Assembly: GCA_030248215.1 (NCBI GenBank)
Contig: JASANG010003338.1
Coordinates: 248,001 to 312,000, forward strand
Length of the DNA stretch: 64,000 nucleotides
Reading direction: 5' to 3'
DNA from: Enoplolaimus lenunculus
Lineage: Eukaryota
The notes under the pieces are model-generated. The model saw only the letters and a list, made by a program, of their open reading frames with translations. It searched no databases and was not told the DNA's origin. This document shows, piece after piece, positions 39,386 to 53,446 of the stretch. The position numbers and the translations under genes are program-made. Within the stretch, counting starts at the first letter, position 1. Each line of letters starts with the position of its first letter.

Positions 39386-39831
39386 CTGTAATGACCCGAA
39401 TAAGAGGGGGGACTGATATTTATTTGGCCTCTCCAGAGGGTACCCCCTTGTTATTCGGTTACGGACTGTTATTTATTTTTAACCCACGCTCCGCCGCCCT
39501 TCGTTACTGATATATATCCGGTACTGCAATTATCCGTTGAATTAAACATTTATTTGTCTTGTGTCAATAGCTTGGGCGATAATACAAGGTAATATACTTA
39601 GGAATGTACTTTCAAAAGTTACGTACGCTTTAAAGTTTCGAACTCAAATTATTTGGTCCAGGAGTAGTCATTTATGCGCTATAATTAGGGTTGATTGACA
39701 TTTATGGCCTCTAATTATGGCTTAGGGACTGTATCCACTTACGGACTCTTACTAGGGATACGGACTCCTATTCATTCGAACTCAAAATAGGGACCCCCTA
39801 TTATTACCCCCTCTTATTCGGGTCAATACAG
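39386..39831 (+). mobile_element. MITE family 1, intact copy
   Basis: ~25 bp TIRs with TA on both sides (Tc1/mariner-type TSD). Confidence 0.92.
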
Positions 39832-41943
39832 TACTAAAGAGCCTAATCGTGGCTGAAAACTTGTATAATCTCAAAGATTTTGTTCACCATTACCAAATTT
39901 CTAATAACGTTTTACACTTTAAAAAATTACGCAATATAATTCTTTAATTAAAAAGTTCATTCGCGGTTAACTTGACTTTTCAATAAGTTAAAACTGCGTC
40001 ATGAGAACATTTTCGTGTGAAAACTCGTAAAACACTTGTTCTGTTATTTTGAACTCAATTTGCAGTATCGTTTCTTGCGTATACAACGTGCGCAACTTTA
40101 AATTTTGAAACAAAACATAGTTGTTTCAAATACGATTTTAAGTTAATGGGGGTTTGTTTGTAGTGCGTTTCTGCCGTCTTCGAACAGTTTGCTCAAAATT
40201 TGACTATTCAGGATCAACAAATGCCATCGTTCAACACTACAATACCTCAAGTTCAACAAGGAATGTAACCCCGGCCTGTTGCGTGAAAACATAACCCAAA
40301 ATATGTGAGCCTTTTATGCCGTTAAGAGCAAAAGGTTAATAAGATTTTTAACAAATCTACACGGATCGGCGGTGTTATCTGATTTCTCGTATATACCCTG
40401 GTGAGCAGTAAGCCTGATTTTTTACATATTTCAACTTAACGAATGCAGTTAATCAATAAGTTTATATACCTAATATGTCAACGATCATCGTTGACAACAC
40501 CGAAATAGAAACTTTAGGTTTACTCCATACGTCACCAGTTGACATCACTTTACGTAATTACGATAGCGTTAACTTTGAAAAAACCTTTACGCTGCATTTC
40601 TATATTTACTTCCTAATTTTGATAACAACAGAAATTTTCAAACTAGCGTTTGCACAACACTAAAAGATTTATATTAATTTAGCAGTTAGCAGATAAAACC
40701 ACTGGTTCTGTTGAAATGTTTGCTAATGCACTTTTGTAGCAGAAAATTAAACTAGACAACGCTTAGATAGATTCCTGTAAATTCTGAGCGTGTGCTGTGT
40801 TAGCAAGCGTTTAGAGATAGTAAGTATTAAGTTCGGCTAGTTTAAAGATTTTAGTTTCATTTCGTAACAAAACAACTTCTAACAGCACCAAGCAGGTCAG
40901 CTTTTACCCAAAAATATTGAAAATATTATTTAAAGAAACTTATTCGGCGTGTGATAACAGTTATTTTTTAAATGATTACTGCACAGGTACAAAATTCGCC
41001 TATTCTCTTCCGTTGTGGTAGTGTCAATTTAAATAAAATTTGAAATGAAGAGTATTTCAGGAAATCGGGTTTGCCTGAAATAACGCAATATTTAGGTTTA
41101 AAGCCTGATATGGTTACAGGTAATTATATGCATGATACTGCATCCAAGGCATTGCCCCCAAACCAACTTTCAACGACAATGGCAGGTCCAGCAATATTTG
41201 ACGTGGGCTGAAATATGTAATTTAGTACTCAATCTTAATACAAAAGTTTGGTTTTGATCTCTGTTCGGACAGGTCATGATCTGGGTCTACCCTTGGATTT
41301 GAAATTGTTCATCACTAGATCTGTCTTACTACTGCCCTAGCAATTAGAATATATATCAAACCGTGTGAAACTCGATACGCCGCGAAATGGTAGCAACTTG
41401 TTCGATAATTTTACTGCAGTGATTTTTGTACAGAACCAACAGTATTCAAAAGTGCCAAAAATACTATTTGTTAAGTTCATAGAAAATTCATTTTTTCAAT
41501 TAAATTGCTTTTCAATTAGGGTTAATTGATTGGCAGTATCAAGTGTCAAATGGTTTGCTTAAATGTATTACAATTTTGGTATAGAAATTTTGTGTCTTTA
41601 ACTCTGCTATCAATACGGTCGCCTGTAATATTACCAATTTAACATAGGCAGGTATATAAACTAAAAATATTGGTTTATGGTGGTGTATTATCAATTCCTG
41701 TAGTGACTCAAGAAGAGATTGAAGGCAATGAAAGTCAGGGATCCTTATTTTGAGTCTAAATCAATAGGAGTCCATTTACAGTAGTAGAGCCCGTAAATGG
41801 GTAAGACCCAATGTTACTAACTAGTCCATAAACGTCAATTACCTTAAATAGATTGCGTAAATGCTTTCCGGGCCAAATTCAGTTGAGTACAAATTTCGAT
41901 TCATAACCTACCTTAATGAAAAAATCTTACTAAGTATCTATAA

Positions 41944-42206
41944 CCCTTTCACTCATGGAGTATACTATAAGCAACTAAATACAATACTGTACATGCAATA
42001 CACACACTGTGAGCAGTGTTTAACACTTATAACATATGCGCAGTGTAAAATCTCCACCAGACATGAGAGCCCCCTCGGGCTCGAGCGTCAAGCTCGTAAA
42101 GCTCGGTGGTCATCAAAAACGCCTCCCACACGTGAGACTGGGGATCGAATCTTACCTTGAAATTAGGTCTCATGTGAAATTGCGCAAACATTCATGTGAG
42201 AAAGGG
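41944..42206. mobile_element. MITE family 2, diverged copy in the opposite orientation
   Basis: CCCTTTCAC ... TGTGAGAAAGGG|TTAA; shares CTCGGGCTCGAGCGTCAAGCTC with the family. Confidence 0.75.
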
Positions 42207-42615
42207 TTAAGCATATTGCATGTTACCTATATTCATAGAAGCGTACTCAAGTCTTACCGGCGTTCGCCAAAACATGGTCGGATTTTGAAAATTTTTGCAT
42301 ATTTGAGCGTCTCAAGACCTCCCCTTATCATACCGCGCCTAAATTTGAATTTTTCAAATAAGATCTTTAAGATCCCAAGCAGAGTGGAACTTTACCCGCG
42401 CGCGGGTTAACGCAGGTCGAGTAAGAAATTTCAGCCTCGGGTAAAGATTTGTGTCAAGCGGTTTAAAAATTTACAGTTTTTACCTGCACCAATATCTTTG
42501 CCGTATTATATGTTATGCTAATAATCAAAATTTCCTCAGCACAAAGATAAGCAGACTTATCTTGAAAGATACTATCAGTTGTAATGTGGTGGTGCAATAG
42601 GCATTGTTATATCAC

Positions 42616-42998
42616 GGCCCAGTGGTGTAACGGGTAGCTTGTCTGCTTTGCAAGCGGGAGGCCTGGATCCGATCTTTGGCTAATTCTATATTTCGTCAAT
42701 TGCACAGCACCATATTGCGTTCGTTCTCAGGTCTAAGTTGTGGAATAGAGCGCTGTGTGTCATAGCAGTGCACGACTCGGTAATCACCTATGTTGGCGGC
42801 TGGTCAAGTTGACAGAATGGTGTACCGTGGTGGCCCCATCCCACACTAGGTTCTGCGCGTCCGAGTCCTGCTGCACAAAGGACGGGCAGTGTATGGTTGT
42901 CGCGCACAGTCGCGCGCAATCGTTGTGATTGGGAGGTGGGACGCACATTGGCGGTCTATCGCCTGACACCTTGCACCGGTGGACATGTATCCTTACAT
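42616..42998 (+). mobile_element. tRNA-derived SINE-like element (head resembles tRNA-Ala TGC); 3' end approximate
   Basis: A-box-like AGTGGTGTAACGGG, anticodon arm TCTGC-TTTGCAA-GCGGG, degenerate B box GGATCCGATC, followed by a ~300 bp GC-rich body. No good acceptor stem. Confidence 0.6.
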
Positions 42999-44139
42999 CA
43001 GTTTGGTCTATAACATAAACCAAAAAACTGCTATGACAAAGCTTGCGCATTTTACAATTAAATTGAGAGCTATACACTCTTAGTTTAGGTATAAGATAAT
43101 GCCAAAAACTATGTTATTCTGACAAAGCTTATGTTTATTTAACTACAAACGTTAAACTAAGTATATAGGCGGCCGTTGTGACTAAGCAAACCATCGAGCG
43201 ATTCTTTTATCAGCTTTGTGACTAAACTTCGACGAGCAACTTTTTAACGCCTTGTTTCCCTTTAAATGCTATTTGCAGTGTACTTCTTTAGAAAAAAAAA
43301 CTGAAACAATTTCATTCCAGGGAATGCATTTTCAAGTATTGGTATGCCTCATACTACACTTGTACACGTTCTTCCCAACAATCTTGTTCCTAAACCTAAA
43401 CCTAATAACGTTTATAGTAATTTCAAGAGTTTAAACTGAATATACTACCAAAATAATTACCATTTTTACTTTAAGATTAAGCGACTAGCTCATGCACACT
43501 TTCATATCGTTTATAGATGAGGCTTAAACACAGGCTTAGGCAATTGTTTAGGAAAAGATTATGGGTTTTTATTAGGCTTAAGTAAGAAGCCTTTTCCGAA
43601 ACCTATGCCTAAACCTAAGTTTGAGCTTCAGCCTAAGCCATCATTAATCTTTGAGCCGATATGTAATTCTAGACTGACGCAGTTGCTATCATCTGCAGAA
43701 ATAATGTTTGAGGATCCGATATTAGACGCATATAAGATAAGATATTTAAGTAGAGTAAATATCAGTCGAATATTTTATTTGCTTCCTGGCCCTCTTCTGT
43801 CTACAGGTCTGCTCTTTCGAACCCTAACCTTGACCCAAAGTCCAAGCCTTAGCATAATGTTAAATGTGGGGGAAAGTGTACAAGAACCAAGCTGGCATTT
43901 TTTGTATTTGGTGCGAAAGTACAACAAAATTGGAGTAGCAAAAATACGACGCCCTTATGTCAAGCCCAAGTATCACTGCGTATTAAGGGTGAACATATTT
44001 AACTTGCATATAATTTTTGCATATGTGAATACACATGTTCAATTATACAATATGTTTTAGTAAACGTTAGTATATAAATTGTTATGAGACGAACCAAAAT
44101 TGTAAACCAAAAACAAAATGTAAAAAGTTACAAATCTGA

Positions 44140-45257
44140 TAAAACTTGCACGCTCGGAGCGTTTTCACAAATTCGTAGCCAAAAATTCGTCCAAAGTCCC
44201 CGGACACAATTTCCCAGAAACGTAAAAACAAAAACTTGCACTCTCGAGCACTTTGTCTGTTGAGGTGTACTATGTCGCACGAAAATTAATTGTTCCGCAG
44301 GACCCGGACACAAATTCCCAAAAATACAACCACTAAAACTTGCACGCTCGGAGCGCTTTCACAAGTTCGTAGCCAAAAATTAGTCAAAAGTCTCCGGACA
44401 CAAATAATTCTTGCTTTCACAAATTCGTAGCTAAAAATCAGTCAAAAACAGTTGACGAGTAGTATGTCACGGAAAAATTCATTTCCCAGGAAATATATAT
44501 ATTGTCCCCGGACACAATTTCCCAGAAACACAACCACTAAAACTGGCACGCTCGGAGCGCTTTCACAAATTCGTAGCCAAAAATTCGTCAAAAGTCTCCG
44601 GACACAAATAATTCTTGCTTTCACAAATTCGTAGCCAAAAATCTGTCAAAAACAGTTGACGAGTAGTATGTCACGGAAGAATTCATTTCCCAGGAAATAT
44701 ATATATTGTCCCCGGACACAATTTCCCAGAAACACAACCATTAAAACTTGCACGCTCGGAGCGCATTCACAAATTTGTAGCCAAAAATTCGTCAAAAACA
44801 ATTGACGAGTAGTATATATGTCACGGACAAATTTATTTCCCGGAAATATTGTCTCCGGACACAATTTCCCAGAAACAACCATTAAAACTTGCACGCTCGC
44901 GGATCTTTGTCTCATTAATAATTCTTGCTTTCACAAATTCGTAGCCAAATATCCGTCAAAAACAATTGACGAGTAGTATGTAAGGGAAAATTTTGTTCCT
45001 CTGAAAATATTGTCCCCGGACGCAATTTACAGAAACACTACCACTAAAACTTGCGCGCTCGGAGAGATTTGTCTCATTAATAATTCTTGCTTTCACAAAT
45101 TCGTAGCCAAAAATCAGTCAAAAACAGTTGACGAGTAGTATGTCACGAAAAATTCATTTCCCAGAAAATATTGTCCCCGGACACAATTTCCCAGAAACAC
45201 AACCACTAAAACTTGCACACTCGCACGATTTCCCAGAAACACAACAACAAAAACTTT
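44140..45257. repeat. Complex tandem satellite with variable 146-204 bp period built from shuffled sub-units
   Basis: TTGACGAGTAGTAT recurs at ~44452, 44656, 44802, 44966 and 45128; TTTCACAAATTCGTAGCCAAAAA and CCGGACACAATTTCCCAGAAAC recur many times. Confidence 0.95.
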
Positions 45258-48200
45258 GGTTCACTTCACAAAGTAAACAATGCCTTTTAATTTTTCAGCT
45301 GAACACTGGTTTTCGGTATTTCAACTCCCTCAATATTTTTTGAAAATTTGTAGGGTGCTTAGAAAATTCCGATTCCATCAACGCTATTTTTTGTTTTTTA
45401 CTCTCAACTTCTGAACATTGCTCAAACAATTAAATTCAATTCCATTAACGGCAGAGAAAATTGCAATGCCATGTATGGAATTGATTTTAAAGCAGCAAAA
45501 TTTTCTCATCATTGCTAAAATATCGTATTTCTCAAAGTTGTATTCCAATGGCGACCTTAAAACAAAACTGAATTCCGATGGTGTTCTGGAATTTATTTTT
45601 CATTTTCCACACCCTGTACACATTTTATTGTGGAGGATGTATAAAAATGTTCAAGGAGGGGCAATCATGGGTGTTCAATGACTTACAATGTTGAAAATTT
45701 TCTAGGGGGCCCAAAATTTTTCCCGAAGGGGCTGAGCGCCCCTGGCCCCCCTTAGCTGCGGGCCCGCCTTGTGTACGTTCATGTTTACTCATACAGTTTA
45801 CAACGGTCCAAAATATATCTCCCAATAATGGGCCGAGTGGCTTAAATAACTTCAACTTTCACAACATAATTTGTTTTCAGTACAAAGTCTGTTATCTTTA
45901 TTAGTTCAGCAGTGCACCGTAAAGCTAAGATTATTGCTATTTTTGCTGATGAAAAATGCATTGTGAACAATACCGGTGTTATTGATTGAAACAGTTAAAA
46001 AACATAAATTGCGTTGGGAGCATAAACTAGAAGTTAAAGTGCCCCGATAGGGCCATGAAAAAAGAATATGTTTCCAAACCAAGCCAGAAGAAATTTGTAA
46101 AGTGTAGAAACAAGTTGAAATAAATTTTTCTTTTTGAGCTAATTGGTAGTCAAATGGCAAAAATGCCCTAAATCCTGCTGAACATGTGGTATTTGCAACT
46201 GAAACATATTCGCTGTGTTGAACAATAATGCTACGTGTGCATACAATTTGGACGGTTCATAGTAATTGGTCTCCGTCCATGAACTGTCTTCGTCAAAAAT
46301 TCTAAAAACAGAACTTTCCATTTTTTACTGCAGGCATCAATCATTAGATACAATTAGAGCGCTAAAAATGTTACTAAATAAATTCAAAATTATACGGCTC
46401 GATTAAATCCGAAAAGCGATAAGAAGAAGGTTTTGAATCGGATATATCCATTTCATAAAATCCGATGTCCATTTGCGTTACAGAAATACCGAAAATTTAG
46501 CTGTTTGTATGCTCAAAATTAGTTCTAAATGAAGTCCAAATCGTGAAAATTTATCGCTACGTATAGGTTGCATTTGTTCCGTAAATAATCAAAATAACGA
46601 AAATCATCCAAAACTAAAAATTTATTAGAAACCTCGGTGAATATTTACCGTTATTTTGTTTTCGTTATTTTGGTCATTATCCGTTTTTCTTTTCACTTAT
46701 CTTTTTCACAAACGTTTAACATAAGGTGAAAAAACGGCAGTCCGGCGACAACAAACTTTGCCTTAGCCAGACGTGAAACAGAATTAGGTATCTAAATGAT
46801 TTTAAGTTTGCTATTTTTAGCAATAATAAACAAAATAACCTTCACACTGAACTGTTTCACAGCGGCGGTTCCAGTGGTCAAATAGAAGCCAAGTACCCAT
46901 CCCCGTCACATTTGTCGTAGCTGAAATTCTAGGATTAGCCTTAGGCTTTTGACGAATATAAAAGTGCCAAAAATTTGACGAGTCGAGTTGCAAGCAATTT
47001 TTGTTAAAATCATAACTTTGAATGTACAAGTTGGGCATGCAAGCGCTCAGAGTGGGACGTGGGCAAGGATTTTTTAACCGGAGCCGCATTCTACCCGCGC
47101 AAATAAGAATTTTTTTTACCAGCGGGTATACCCGCACAAAAAACATCTATCCATGACTCACGTTTTACCTGCGACTGAAGTCAAACCAGTATTTTAAAGA
47201 TCGCTGTTGATTTGAGCTTTAATGAAGTTTTGCGGTATAGCTTCAATGAACTTTACAAATGAATTTTACTATGAATAACCAGATTTCAAACCCAGCTAAA
47301 TAAAGCACGAGCCGCACCTCACCAGAAATAGAACAGATAAAAGTTTGCCGCGAGTAAAAACTGTAAATTTTTTACCCGCGTGATGAAAATCTTCACCCGC
47401 GGGTATTCCCTCGCCTGAAATTATTTACACAACCCGCGTTTACCCACGGGTTAGCGCGGGTACCTCCAGATACCCGCGGGTAATGTTCCACTGTGGTTGC
47501 GCTAAACTTGCCGCACGGCGCCATCCAGCACCGTCCTTCAACCGTCAGACACCGTATGTCGCGCCGTACAGGTGACGGACGGCACCGTACGGTGATGGAC
47601 AGCGCCTGTCGCCATTAAAATAATTAAAATTAAAAAAGTATACCGTATTAACAATTTAACTGTAGAAAAATCGCGTGTGTGAACTGAAATGTATTTGGAA
47701 TAAGTTTCTACCAAAATCTGGCGTTGCTATGAAAACAAAACTTAAACAGTTAAATCTTTCAGTAATTTTCAAATGAAAAATCATATAAAACGACGTTACA
47801 ATCAAGTTTAACAATGGTATAAGTCCACAACTTTCATTTTCCAAAAATGTACTTTTGTAGTAAAACGTATTAACAAATCAAAGTTTTATATGTATCCGTT
47901 TATTACCCACCCAACTGTTAAGTTATAGACAATAACCATGTCAATTGCTGCTCAAAACATATTTACCGTGAATAGAATTGCAGCATAACGAAATCAGACG
48001 ATTTAAGTTTGTCAAATTTTGGCTGAATTTCATATATACACTTTCGTGCACTTCGGTGTACACTTTGAGTTTAAGCTTAACCTCGTGCTGACGGTACACA
48101 CCTCCCAGCCTTTACAGTGCCTGGCAGGGTATAACCGGATATGCTATCAGTTTCCGGTAAAATTTCGTGTCCGTTTCCGTTTCTGTTTCCGTTATAGAAA

Positions 48201-48362
48201 TAACGGAAATTCTGTTGTTACATTGAAGATTAGTTAATATAAATCACGTATCTAACTCGCCATTTTTCGCTACATTTATATGCTAATATTGTTTGAAATG
48301 AAATTAAAATTGCGAAATTCATTCAATACAATCCGTTTTTAACCTGTTGCCTGGTCATTCGA

Positions 48363-48750
48363 ATATATCGTAGCTCAAGCCGTAATTTAGCTCAATTCCG
48401 AAATGAGCCAGCCTAAATCCAAATTTGGTAGTCCAGCGCGGAATTACGAGTTGGACTGGCCCATGGCGTAATGCTTTTTCTGCTACAAGTGCACACCTTG
48501 TGACAGGGTGGTTAACTAACTTGTAACACCATACACTCAAATCCAATTAGCTGAATCCAATGCTCTTTTCTGATTGGCTAAATAATCGTTCTCTGTTTAC
48601 TACCAAGCAGTTTCTTTCACTAAACTGTAACCAATCAGAAAACGTACCGTTTTATAAAACATGATTTCGTCTTGGGCTAGGTCGTTATTCCCCTTTGCAC
48701 TAGCACATTTCGGAATTGGACTGAATTACGACTTGGGCTACGACATATAT
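48363..48750. mobile_element. TATATGTCGTAGCCCAAG-terminal MITE
   Basis: Inverted termini; similar to 8081-8292. Confidence 0.7.
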
Positions 48751-48926
48751 ACATGCTTAAAATTAGATGTGACACGAAATACAAAATATTCATACCGGTA
48801 AGATTTAACTTTAGAAAATTAACTTAGAAACTGGCACGCTTTATAATCACCACATTACACAGAGTGCTTATAGCTTTACCCGCTACCGTCTCAATGAATA
48901 TGAAAGAAAGATGCTGAAAACTATAA

Positions 48927-49137
48927 GGGTTGCGCTATACTTTCGATAACGGGCGTACGGCGTGGTCCGTCACCCATACGGCGCCGTCCGTCACCGTGCT
49001 GTATTGTGCGCAAATAACACAAGTACGATAACGTATGGTGACGGACGGTGACGGACGGCGGCGTGCGGATGACGGACGGCGCGTACTGGTGAAGCACGGT
49101 GACGGACGGCGCCGGACGTCAAGTATAGCGCAACGCC
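48927..49137. mobile_element. GACGG-repeat MITE copy
   Basis: GGGTTGCGCTATACTT ... AAGTATAGCGCAAC. Confidence 0.85.
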
Positions 49138-49275
49138 TACCGTGATTAGGTAGGTTTCTGCAAGTTTTATATTTTAAACTATTGACTGCTTCAATGTTAA
49201 TCAGATGCACATACATCCCCAAACTAAATCAATGACAAATCTATCAAAATTTAGCTGCGGTTTTAATGTGGTTAC

Positions 49276-49425
49276 CTCGAAGTGTTAACGTTTGACCGCC
49301 GAGCAACGATACATCTGTATCCCATGGCACAGTTGTTTGCGAGTTTTCCAAACAAACCGACGTCGTATCTATGGAAATATTCCGGTTAGCAAATATTCCT
49401 TCGACAGCTTCTCGCAGTTGGACGC
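49276..49425 (-). CDS. PLEKHG5: Exon, RBD/ubiquitin-like domain (GVQLREAVEGIFANRNISIDTTSVCLENSQTTVPWDTDVSLLGGQTLTLR)
   Basis: Acceptor cattttag, donor GAG|GTAACC, phase 1-1. The pattern L.E.l..iF....I......v.L..S.T......GG..L.l matches the PLEKHG5 N-terminal RBD as I recall it. Confidence 0.85.
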
Positions 49426-50182
49426 CTAAAATGAGGTTTTGGAAATATACACAGGTTTTATCATGTAATGCTAAATTTGAAACTTCAACGCCGTAAAAAT
49501 CAAAATTTAGTGCCACCCATATGACGTTCGGCACCTCACGCACGTATTGCCGTATACGACAGCATATCAATTTGTACACAGAAACTTTTTGACGTTCAGC
49601 GCCACACTCAACGTTTCACCATCAATTCACTTCGTACACAAAGTATTTAACGTTATCGAAATACTGATTTTTGCACGCAGCAGCAGAATAGGGGTCCATT
49701 GGGTGCCCGTGAACTAACATTATCATTATCAAGCGAAAATCATTTTGTCAAATATTAAACTTTAAAAATACTTCTAGTTGGACAGTATCAATTGAGTGAA
49801 TGCTTCCAAGTATTCCTCTGCTTCTGTCAATCAACCTATGAACCCTATTTAATCTTTTTCCAAATTCGCCTCTGGCACGCAACAATTTTCGCAGAAACAA
49901 TTAATTCTAAATGTTTTTCCTATCAGCATTCACAAACGCTTAATGTTTGACCTCAATAAACAACGCACATCGGTGTTGTACTAGGCTACTAAAGAGGGAT
50001 TGGAAATTGTAAAAAATAAGCATCCACATAAAGATTAAGGCATAAGGTCAGGCTTAAACAAAGGCTGTCTCACATTTAAGGTTAACGCTTTGTCTTAGGG
50101 TAATAGACAAAGCTTAAGCTTACGTGTAAACCTATTCCAAAGCCTAACTATAAAAAGTGTACCAAAGTCCACCAGTCTGTAC

Positions 50183-50333
50183 CTTGAATAGCAAGAAAAG
50201 ATTCATATCGGCATGCGTTCGCTTGTTGCGGAGATGCCAATTCAATACCTGCCATCAGTAAAGAAGATCGTTGTATCAAATAGCGACGAAAATCAATACG
50301 AACAAAGTTAGGATGCGTTGTTGAATGCATATA
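50183..50333 (-). CDS. PLEKHG5: Exon, start of RBD-like domain (YMHSTTHPNFVRIDF...ESFLAIQ)
   Basis: Acceptor tgtatttcag, donor AAG|GTACAG. Phase 0 in, phase 1 out, matching the next exon (G+GC = Gly). Confidence 0.75.
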
Positions 50334-51891
50334 CTGAAATACAAAAAGGTTAGCAAATATTGCAAGTTATGAAACTCTATAACCAAATGCTGCAGTCACG
50401 CAATGCCAGATGAATAATAAAATCATCATGAAGTATTCAACCAAATTTAGCGTCTTAAATTGAACACAACATAGTCATTTCTCAGTATTAACAAAGTTAT
50501 TGGGAAACAATTAATCAAAAGCGATGGAGGGAATATCTAAAAAACACTATTCATACGTGCATGATTTCACAACAAGAACTTGCAGCTGCAACTTGCACGA
50601 ATGAAATTATTGTAAATGTTGACATGAAAATTATATGAATAATTTCATGACCACTGCAATAAACGTCAATAATAACATATACAGTCCAGTCAATGATCAT
50701 AAATGAATACAACTTGCAAGTCTGTTCAAACATATGAATTCATTATTTGTGCGCATTCATTATGAACAAATTGCTGCTGTAAGTAGCGAGCTTTTCTTGA
50801 GCTGAAGGAAACATTTACGCGTAAGAAGGTTTTACTCGAAATTGTTTGACTTCAAAACGCTTTCAAATCCTACAATTTCTATTTAGTGCTCAGTCTGCAG
50901 TGGATCCATAAATTTCTGACGAGGGGAGGGCTGACAAAAGTTATGAAACGCAATTTTACGACATGCAATATTATTTTCCTATATTCTGAGAGGATAGAAT
51001 TGCAAGGTAGAGGGGCGTGACCAAATTATCACAAAAATTTTCTGACGGGGAGTGCAAGCCCCACCTCCCCACGCAAATCTCCTCGTGTGCTCAGTGAATG
51101 CAAAACCAGTCCAGTCGCCATCTTCGTGTACTGCGACATATTAAACAAAAGATGCAGGTGCAACAAATTCAATCGACTTGCAGTTTTGTTCATAAGTGCA
51201 AACAGTTATTAATTATTTGCAGCTGCAAATAATTCAAAACTATATTGTGACCGAACTTGCACATGCAAGGGGCACGTGTACCTATATTATTGCTGCAAAA
51301 TACTTGCACGTGTGAACAGGACTTATTAAAAGTGAAGGTTAAACTGCACACATGTGAAATTTTAACCAATTTTTATAAATGTTGGTAAGTACTATATTTA
51401 GAGAGCAGAAATGTTCGTTATAATAAAGTCCTACTGTAATCGTTGTTCAAAAACCCAACTTGCAACCCATCACAATTATTCTGGCAGCACACTTGATAAA
51501 TTAAGTGACGTTTACAAAAGTTTCAGTATAAGCCAGGATCCTTTTAATTCAGGTCTCAAGTGTACTCTTAAAACTAAAATATTACATAAAAGTTTAAGTT
51601 TTGAATGATTGCTATTAATGTTAAGTCTAACCGACCGAAACAGATTCAAAATTAGCTAAACATTCTTTAGTTTAATCTAAAATTAATTCAAGTACTTGGC
51701 TTGACGAACACAGATTTTCAGTATTATATTCTTTCAACTACTTCACTTGATCGTTTGATTAGATTTTTAGATGTAGCACACACTAGCCAAAATGCTCACA
51801 AGCTATTAATTAATTAAGACATGCATATACGGTAGCTTTCACTTTCGCTACAATTCAATTTGTTAGATCGTTTGTTGACACCACCTTTTAT

Positions 51892-52059
51892 GGTATCATG
51901 ACAATTCGTCGCCACACAGCTTGCAATTCGAAATTTCATAGACTTGACAATTCGTCACCCATCAGTATGCTTAGCATTAGGATAATGCTTAGATATATTA
52001 TAAGGCTTTACGACGCTGTTTAGCGACAAGTTGTCGGCCGATAAATTGTCGTAGATTTG
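51892..52059. mobile_element. Second GG-terminal MITE family with 8-bp TSD (GACAATTCGTCG repeats)
   Basis: CCTTTTAT on both flanks; inverted relative at ~37491-37696. Confidence 0.7.
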
Positions 52060-52193
52060 CCTTTTATACAAGCGCAAAAATTAACAGTAACGTTGTTCAA
52101 ATTACGTATCGTTTGGCGTTCTAGCTTTATATATTTAATGGAAAGAGTGTCAAATACAATCTTTAATACTAACAAATTATCGCGCATACGCAC

Positions 52194-52469
52194 TTTTTCA
52201 TCGTTTATGTTTTTTAAGTAATCGTAGCTTCCAGGTGTACTATCACAATCGCCTTCAACTACAGTAGTGCACTTGGTAATGTTTTTGTCGTTAAATATCA
52301 TTGAACTCGGCCTTCGAAATGCAGGTTGATTATAACCGGCTGCGGCGGCTTGAAGTGCGAACATATTTTGCATCGCTAAATGAAGGCATCCAGATTCTGA
52401 AGGTGAAGGTGTAATTGCGCCTGATTTGCGTCGAGGAAAGCGTGGACTGGGCGCACGGAATTTGTTCAT
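52194..52469 (-). CDS. PLEKHG5: Candidate alternative first coding exon B (MNKFRAPSPRFPRRKSG...NINDEK, 92 codons)
   Basis: ATG with an in-frame TAA 7 codons upstream, coding-like composition, donor AAA|GTGCGT in phase 0, compatible with 50333. Confidence 0.6.
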
Positions 52470-53140
52470 ATTTGGTCGATTATTTTTTTATTTAAGTAAA
52501 ATGTAATTTGATTGAACGGCAAACTTAATATCTACGTATTACTATACGCTTTAGCCAAGACTATACAACTATCTGGTTATATCCTGAACGTATCCTGAGC
52601 TTTAAACACGGTTATAACTGGTTATTTTGGGGTCACAATAGTGGCGGATTTGGTTAACTCATATTTTTCAAAATTTTATATATTGACGTTGAATTTTTAA
52701 TGGTTCCGGGTTAAATTTTTCAACAATGAAACTTTATGCATGCAGTGAACGGTCCAGTGAACTATAGGCAGCCAATTTATTATTTTGCACTGATACGCAC
52801 TGCTAAATTACGTAGAAAACAATAAGCAATTTCTATGATCAACTTGAGCTTCGCTTGTATGATCTCTATTTAAATTTTGTCGTTTGAAAATTCCTAAGCA
52901 TTTTGCCAGTATTTTTCATTTCGCAAAAAATATATATACACAGTTAAGCTGACTTTACAAATTTTGCGACCTACTTTCTAAAAACTTAAGCTTAAATTAT
53001 AGCTGAACTAAACTTAAATTTTAGTTTAAGTAAAACTTAAATGGCTGGACGGATTAACTAAACTAGAATTTTAAGTATTGCTTAAACTAACATGTTTCGA
53101 CGTTTAATACGAGTTTAAGTAAACTTGTTTTTAGTTTCAG

Positions 53141-53446
53141 CAAGAGTGGATGATCACTCTTTATAACAAGTGTGCAACTGGGTGCATCTGTGTATTAAAG
53201 AATGTACCCGGCACGATCCCTTATTTAGGGGGTCTTTCTGCAGTTCTATATCGTAGTAAAGGACGAAATTGTAACCCCCCTTGTTTACGGGGGGTAGGTG
53301 TACTGAAGCATACTGTTAATCTCTTGCTTAAACCCCCCTGATTGAGGGAGTCGAAGAAAAATGCAACGTGTGCCGGGTACATTCTTTAATACACAGAATG
53401 TACACAGTTGCACACTCTTGTTATAAAGAGTGATTATCCACTGTTG
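53141..53446. mobile_element. Long-TIR MITE (~70 bp TIR, CAAGAGTGGATGATCACTC...) nested in an AT-rich CTTAAG/CTAAA element (~52972-53643)
   Basis: Long inverted arms; flanks GTTTCAG / GTTTAAG. Relatives at ~1816-2106, ~25727-25830 and ~36330-36730. Confidence 0.8.

Noticed and set aside
42616..42690. Functional tRNA-Ala gene
   Set aside because: Degenerate T-loop/B box and no acceptor stem pairing; better explained as a SINE head.
43605..44060. 151 aa plus-strand ORF
   Set aside because: Starts in a CCTAAR hexamer tract (PKPK), has no recognisable domain, and looks like intronic repeat-derived sequence.
44140..45257. CRISPR-like array, or repeat-protein ORFs (44128-45343)
   Set aside because: No unique spacers, eukaryotic context, and the short ORFs are by-products of the tandem repeat.
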